IMG/VR virus record: IMGVR_UViG_2541047850_000013
From: a virus
Taxonomy: Duplodnaviria; Heunggongvirae; Uroviricota; Caudoviricetes
Direction: 5' to 3' (one strand)
Length of the DNA: 8,478 nucleotides
Below the pieces are notes generated by a model. It was not told the DNA's origin. It worked only from the letters and a program-made list of their open reading frames with translations, and did not search any database. How positions within the stretch are numbered: the stretch's first letter is position 1; each line of letters starts with the position of its first letter. Shown here piece by piece: positions 6,435-8,478 of this stretch. Position numbers and translations under genes: made by a program.

Positions 6435-6741
6435 GAATCATTTGCCTCTTGATGCTTCGGGTATGATCGTTTTCGTCATTTGGTTGCTTCATCGACATAT
6501 TCTGCGAATAACATGACGAGCGTCGTAAGTATGTCCAATCAACATCAGGACGAAGTTCTTCACACAGGACACCACCTTTTGTTGCTCGTTCAATCGCAGG
6601 ACATCTCTCAGCAGGTAACTGACGTACACCTTTGATCCATTGATTTACGCTTGGAGGAGATACACCTAAAAGCCTAGCCATTGCTGATTGCCCACCGACA
6701 ACAGCACAAGCTCGTTTGAATGAATAGTTATCTTTTTTCAT
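6418..6741 (-). CDS. ydaS: Cro-like HTH regulator of the YdaS family, 107 aa
   Basis: ATG at 6741 with GGAG 8 nt upstream (ORF-track start at 6762 is GTG and was trimmed). HTH region QSAMARLLGVSPPSVNQWIKG followed by the LPAERCPAIERAT motif recalled from YdaS/Cro-like proteins. Divergent from the repressor gene. Confidence 0.8.
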   Translation of the reverse strand: MKKDNYSFKRACAVVGGQSAMARLLGVSPPSVNQWIKGVRQLPAERCPAIERATKGGVLCEELRPDVDWTYLRRSSCYSQNMSMKQPNDENDHTRSIKRQMIHENQT

Positions 6742-6768
6742 CGAATGAACTCCAAAAAACACGCAACA

Positions 6769-6838
6769 ATATTAGGCTTAGCCTAATGAAATTGTCAATA
6801 GGCTATGCCTAATACATCGAGAGTAGGGATTGCCTAAC
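6769..6838. promoter_or_regulatory. OR-like region: three 17-bp palindromic operators overlapping a leftward sigma70 promoter for the cro-like operon
   Basis: Operators ATTAGGCTTAGCCTAAT (6771..6787), AATAGGCTATGCCTAAT (6797..6813) and degenerate AGTAGGGATTGCCTAAC (6822..6838), centres about 25 bp apart. Minus-strand promoter: -35 TTGACA (complement of 6793..6798), 18-bp spacer, -10 TAATAT (complement of 6769..6774). Confidence 0.65.
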
Positions 6839-6865
6839 GCGATGCGCATAGGAGACTATTAAGCA

Positions 6866-7342
6866 ATGCTTAGTGGTAAAGACTTAGGCCGAGCGATAGA
6901 GCAGGCCATTAACAAAAAAATTGCATCAGGAGCCGTCAAATCAAAGGCGGAAATCGCACGTCATTTCAAAGTCCAACCACCATCAATCCATGACTGGATT
7001 AAGAAAGGTTCGATAAGTAAAGACAAACTTCCAGAACTATGGCGTTTCTTTTCTGATGTGGTTGGTCCAGAGCATTGGGGGCTTAACGAATACCCCATAC
7101 CAACCCCATCCACTTCAGATACAAAAAGTGAACTTTTAGACATAAACAGCCTTTATCAAGCCGCCTCTGATGAAAAAAAAGCAATTGTGGCTTTCATCTT
7201 ATCTGGAAATGCTACGGAGCCTAGTTGGGTTGATTATGACGTTCGCGCCTACATTGCCGCAATGGAAATGAAGGTAGCTAACTATCTGAAAAATCAAGAA
7301 TCAAAACGGAAAAGCCAGAACATCACCAAGACAGGAACTTAA
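6866..7342 (+). CDS. racR: CI-like prophage repressor, RacR-like, without an autocleavage domain, 158 aa
   Basis: ATG at 6866 with GGAG upstream. N-terminal HTH KSKAEIARHFKVQPPSIHDWIKKG. No S24 peptidase (LexA-like Ser/Lys) motifs visible. Divergent from the YdaS/YdaT-like genes and flanked by operator sets on both sides; length matches RacR as recalled. Confidence 0.8.
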   Translation: MLSGKDLGRAIEQAINKKIASGAVKSKAEIARHFKVQPPSIHDWIKKGSISKDKLPELWRFFSDVVGPEHWGLNEYPIPTPSTSDTKSELLDINSLYQAASDEKKAIVAFILSGNATEPSWVDYDVRAYIAAMEMKVANYLKNQESKRKSQNITKTGT

Positions 7343-7355
7343 ACTTATATGGTCC

Positions 7356-7378
7356 GACGGGAAATTCCTAGTTCCCGT
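7356..7378 (+). terminator. Stem-loop just after the repressor gene (possible weak terminator or stabiliser)
   Basis: ACGGGAA (7357..7363) pairs with TTCCCGT (7372..7378) around an 8-nt loop, 15 nt after the repressor stop. No following T-run, so terminator function is uncertain. Confidence 0.3.
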
Positions 7379-7416
7379 TAGTTAACTCCTACTACCTCTC
7401 CCACAAACCATCACCT

Positions 7417-7479
7417 ATTAGGTTGCGCCCAAATTATTAGGCATAGCCTATTGACAAGTAATTAGGCATTTCCTATAGT
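7417..7479 (+). promoter_or_regulatory. OL-like region: operator repeats overlapping a near-consensus rightward sigma70 promoter (pL-like)
   Basis: -35 TTGACA (7451..7456), 17-bp spacer, -10 TATAGT (7474..7479). Operator copies ATTAGGCATAGCCTATT (7436..7452), ATTAGGCATTTCCTATA (7461..7477) and a degenerate copy around 7417..7433. A 22-bp segment (7436..7457) is the exact reverse complement of 6792..6813. Confidence 0.7.
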
Positions 7480-7659
7480 TTTCCCATACCAACCCATCCC
7501 GTCCCACACAATACAGGGCAATACCTCGAGTTACCAGGCAGTGGTCAGGGGTTAAGTAGCCAGCCCGAGGCGTATGAACATGACGGCGGGAACACTTTGT
7601 ATAACAGCGCAGCAGGTTTTTGTTCCGCTACCCCGGCGTTAAGGGGAAATGAGGTCAAC

Positions 7660-7812
7660 ATGGATACTATCGATCTTGGCAACAACGAATCTCTGGTGTA
7701 CGGCGTGTTTCCCAACCAGGACGGCACATTCACCGCGATGACGTATACCAAAAGCAAAACGTTTAAAACCGAAGCTGGCGCGCGTCGCTGGTTAGCAAGA
7801 AACTCCGACTGA
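7660..7812 (+). CDS. Small early protein (50 aa), resembling the DUF1391 YdaF/YdfA-like family of Rac/Qin prophages
   Basis: ATG at 7660 with GAGG 5 nt upstream (ORF-track start at 7597 is TTG and was trimmed). Sequence MDTIDLGNNESLVYGVFPNQDGTFTAMTYTKSKTFKTEAGARRWLARNSD. Family assignment is from memory; size and position next to the repressor fit. Confidence 0.55.
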   Translation: MDTIDLGNNESLVYGVFPNQDGTFTAMTYTKSKTFKTEAGARRWLARNSD

Positions 7813-8225
7813 TGAGGTTGACGATGGAATTTAAAGATTTACCAGTACCATTCCAGGAAATGGCATCGAATGTGGTTCGCTCTCAACTGGCGACTCTTGA
7901 CCTGAGTACCGTAGAAAAAGAAACCATCGATAATATATCCGGTAACGTGCGTCGTACCTTTATCGGGCTGTACGAAGAAAAGTTGCCATTCGGTGGACAA
8001 AATTCGCCTGAAAACAAGAATCAAGCGAATGATGAGAAGCTGAAACACGTTATCGCCTTACTACTGGAAGATGCAAAACGTCTACAGCAACTGGAACCAA
8101 ATGCAGGCACCGAAGCCCGCATCTGGATTGCCATAGAATCACTCAAATGTGAAAGCGATGATTATTTAAAAACCATAATTAAAACAACTCAGCTTTCTGA
8201 AGAGCTACCGAAGAAATTGCCATAA
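7812..8225 (+). CDS. Hypothetical early-operon protein (137 aa; 133 aa if started at ATG 7824)
   Basis: ATG at 7812 overlaps the upstream stop (TGATG); the ATG at 7824 has a better RBS (GAGG 6 nt upstream). Acidic, helix-rich composition. No recognisable motifs. Confidence 0.6.
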   Translation: MRLTMEFKDLPVPFQEMASNVVRSQLATLDLSTVEKETIDNISGNVRRTFIGLYEEKLPFGGQNSPENKNQANDEKLKHVIALLLEDAKRLQQLEPNAGTEARIWIAIESLKCESDDYLKTIIKTTQLSEELPKKLP

Positions 8226-8254
8226 TAATATGTTTTCTTATAGAGGGGTTAGAA

Positions 8255-8284
8255 ATATGGGCCAGCATTATAGCAGGCCCATAT
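8255..8284. terminator. Inverted-repeat hairpin between convergent genes (possible bidirectional terminator)
   Basis: ATATGGGCC (8255..8263) and GGCCCATAT (8276..8284) form a 9-bp stem around a 12-nt loop, between the + gene ending 8225 and the minus ORF ending 8305. No clean T-run. Confidence 0.4.
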
Positions 8285-8304
8285 AACAGAAAGTATTTTA
8301 AATG

Positions 8305-8478
8305 TTACGCCGTATCTTGTGATTGTTTTTTAATATATTCATACAAGCGCACAAGTTGTTTCAACTCTTCAAAGCACATAGCGGAATTTTCAATTTTTCC
8401 AGCGTTGATTAGTGCCAGAAGAGCCTGATGTGCGCAAGCATATGGATCAGTTACAGGGCTAATAATATCAACTTGCAT
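8305..8478 (-). CDS. Hypothetical protein, 57 codons visible (may be complete with ATG at 8478 or the C-terminus of a longer gene beyond the window)
   Basis: Open frame from the window edge to TAA at 8305..8307; hand translation MQVDIISPVTDPYACAHQALLALINAGKIENSAMCFEELKQLVRLYEYIKKQSQDTA. Convergent with the rightward early operon. Confidence 0.35.
   Translation of the reverse strand: MQVDIISPVTDPYACAHQALLALINAGKIENSAMCFEELKQLVRLYEYIKKQSQDTA

Noticed and set aside
6866-7342. LexA/CI-type S24 autopeptidase domain in the repressor
   Set aside because: No Ala-Gly cleavage site or Ser/Lys catalytic dyad context visible in the C-terminal half; treated as a non-cleavable RacR-like repressor.
6961-8048. 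Minus-strand ORFs 6961..7143, 7545..7757 and 7839..8048
   Set aside because: Antisense to the repressor and rightward early genes, or lying in the early-operon leader; no start-site support.
1-8478. CRISPR array, tRNA/rRNA genes, integrase or transposase, attachment-site repeats
   Set aside because: No regularly spaced repeat-spacer array, no cloverleaf-like tRNA candidates and no recombinase-like ORF were seen; prophage ends are not within this window.

Overview
The window reads as the immunity and early region of a Rac-type lambdoid prophage from an enterobacterium, carrying a two-gene cassette that is the main candidate for an undescribed defence system. All calls rest on reading the sequence and ORF translations by eye; no searches or computations were run. 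The prophage backbone is a non-cleavable CI-like repressor (6866..7342, +) flanked by two inverted operator-promoter modules, a leftward operon (Cro/YdaS-like, YdaT-like, replication initiator with internal iterons, Ren-like) and a rightward early operon of small proteins. The cassette (795..3996, minus strand) is AT-rich and encodes a 703-aa GHKL (MutL/MORC-like) ATPase with a C-terminal PD-(D/E)xK-like nuclease motif, overlapping by 8 nt a 365-aa cytosine-5 DNA methyltransferase. It is bounded downstream by a strong bidirectional terminator and upstream by about 350 bp of AT-rich sequence with no convincing gene. No tRNA, rRNA, CRISPR array or transposase was seen.
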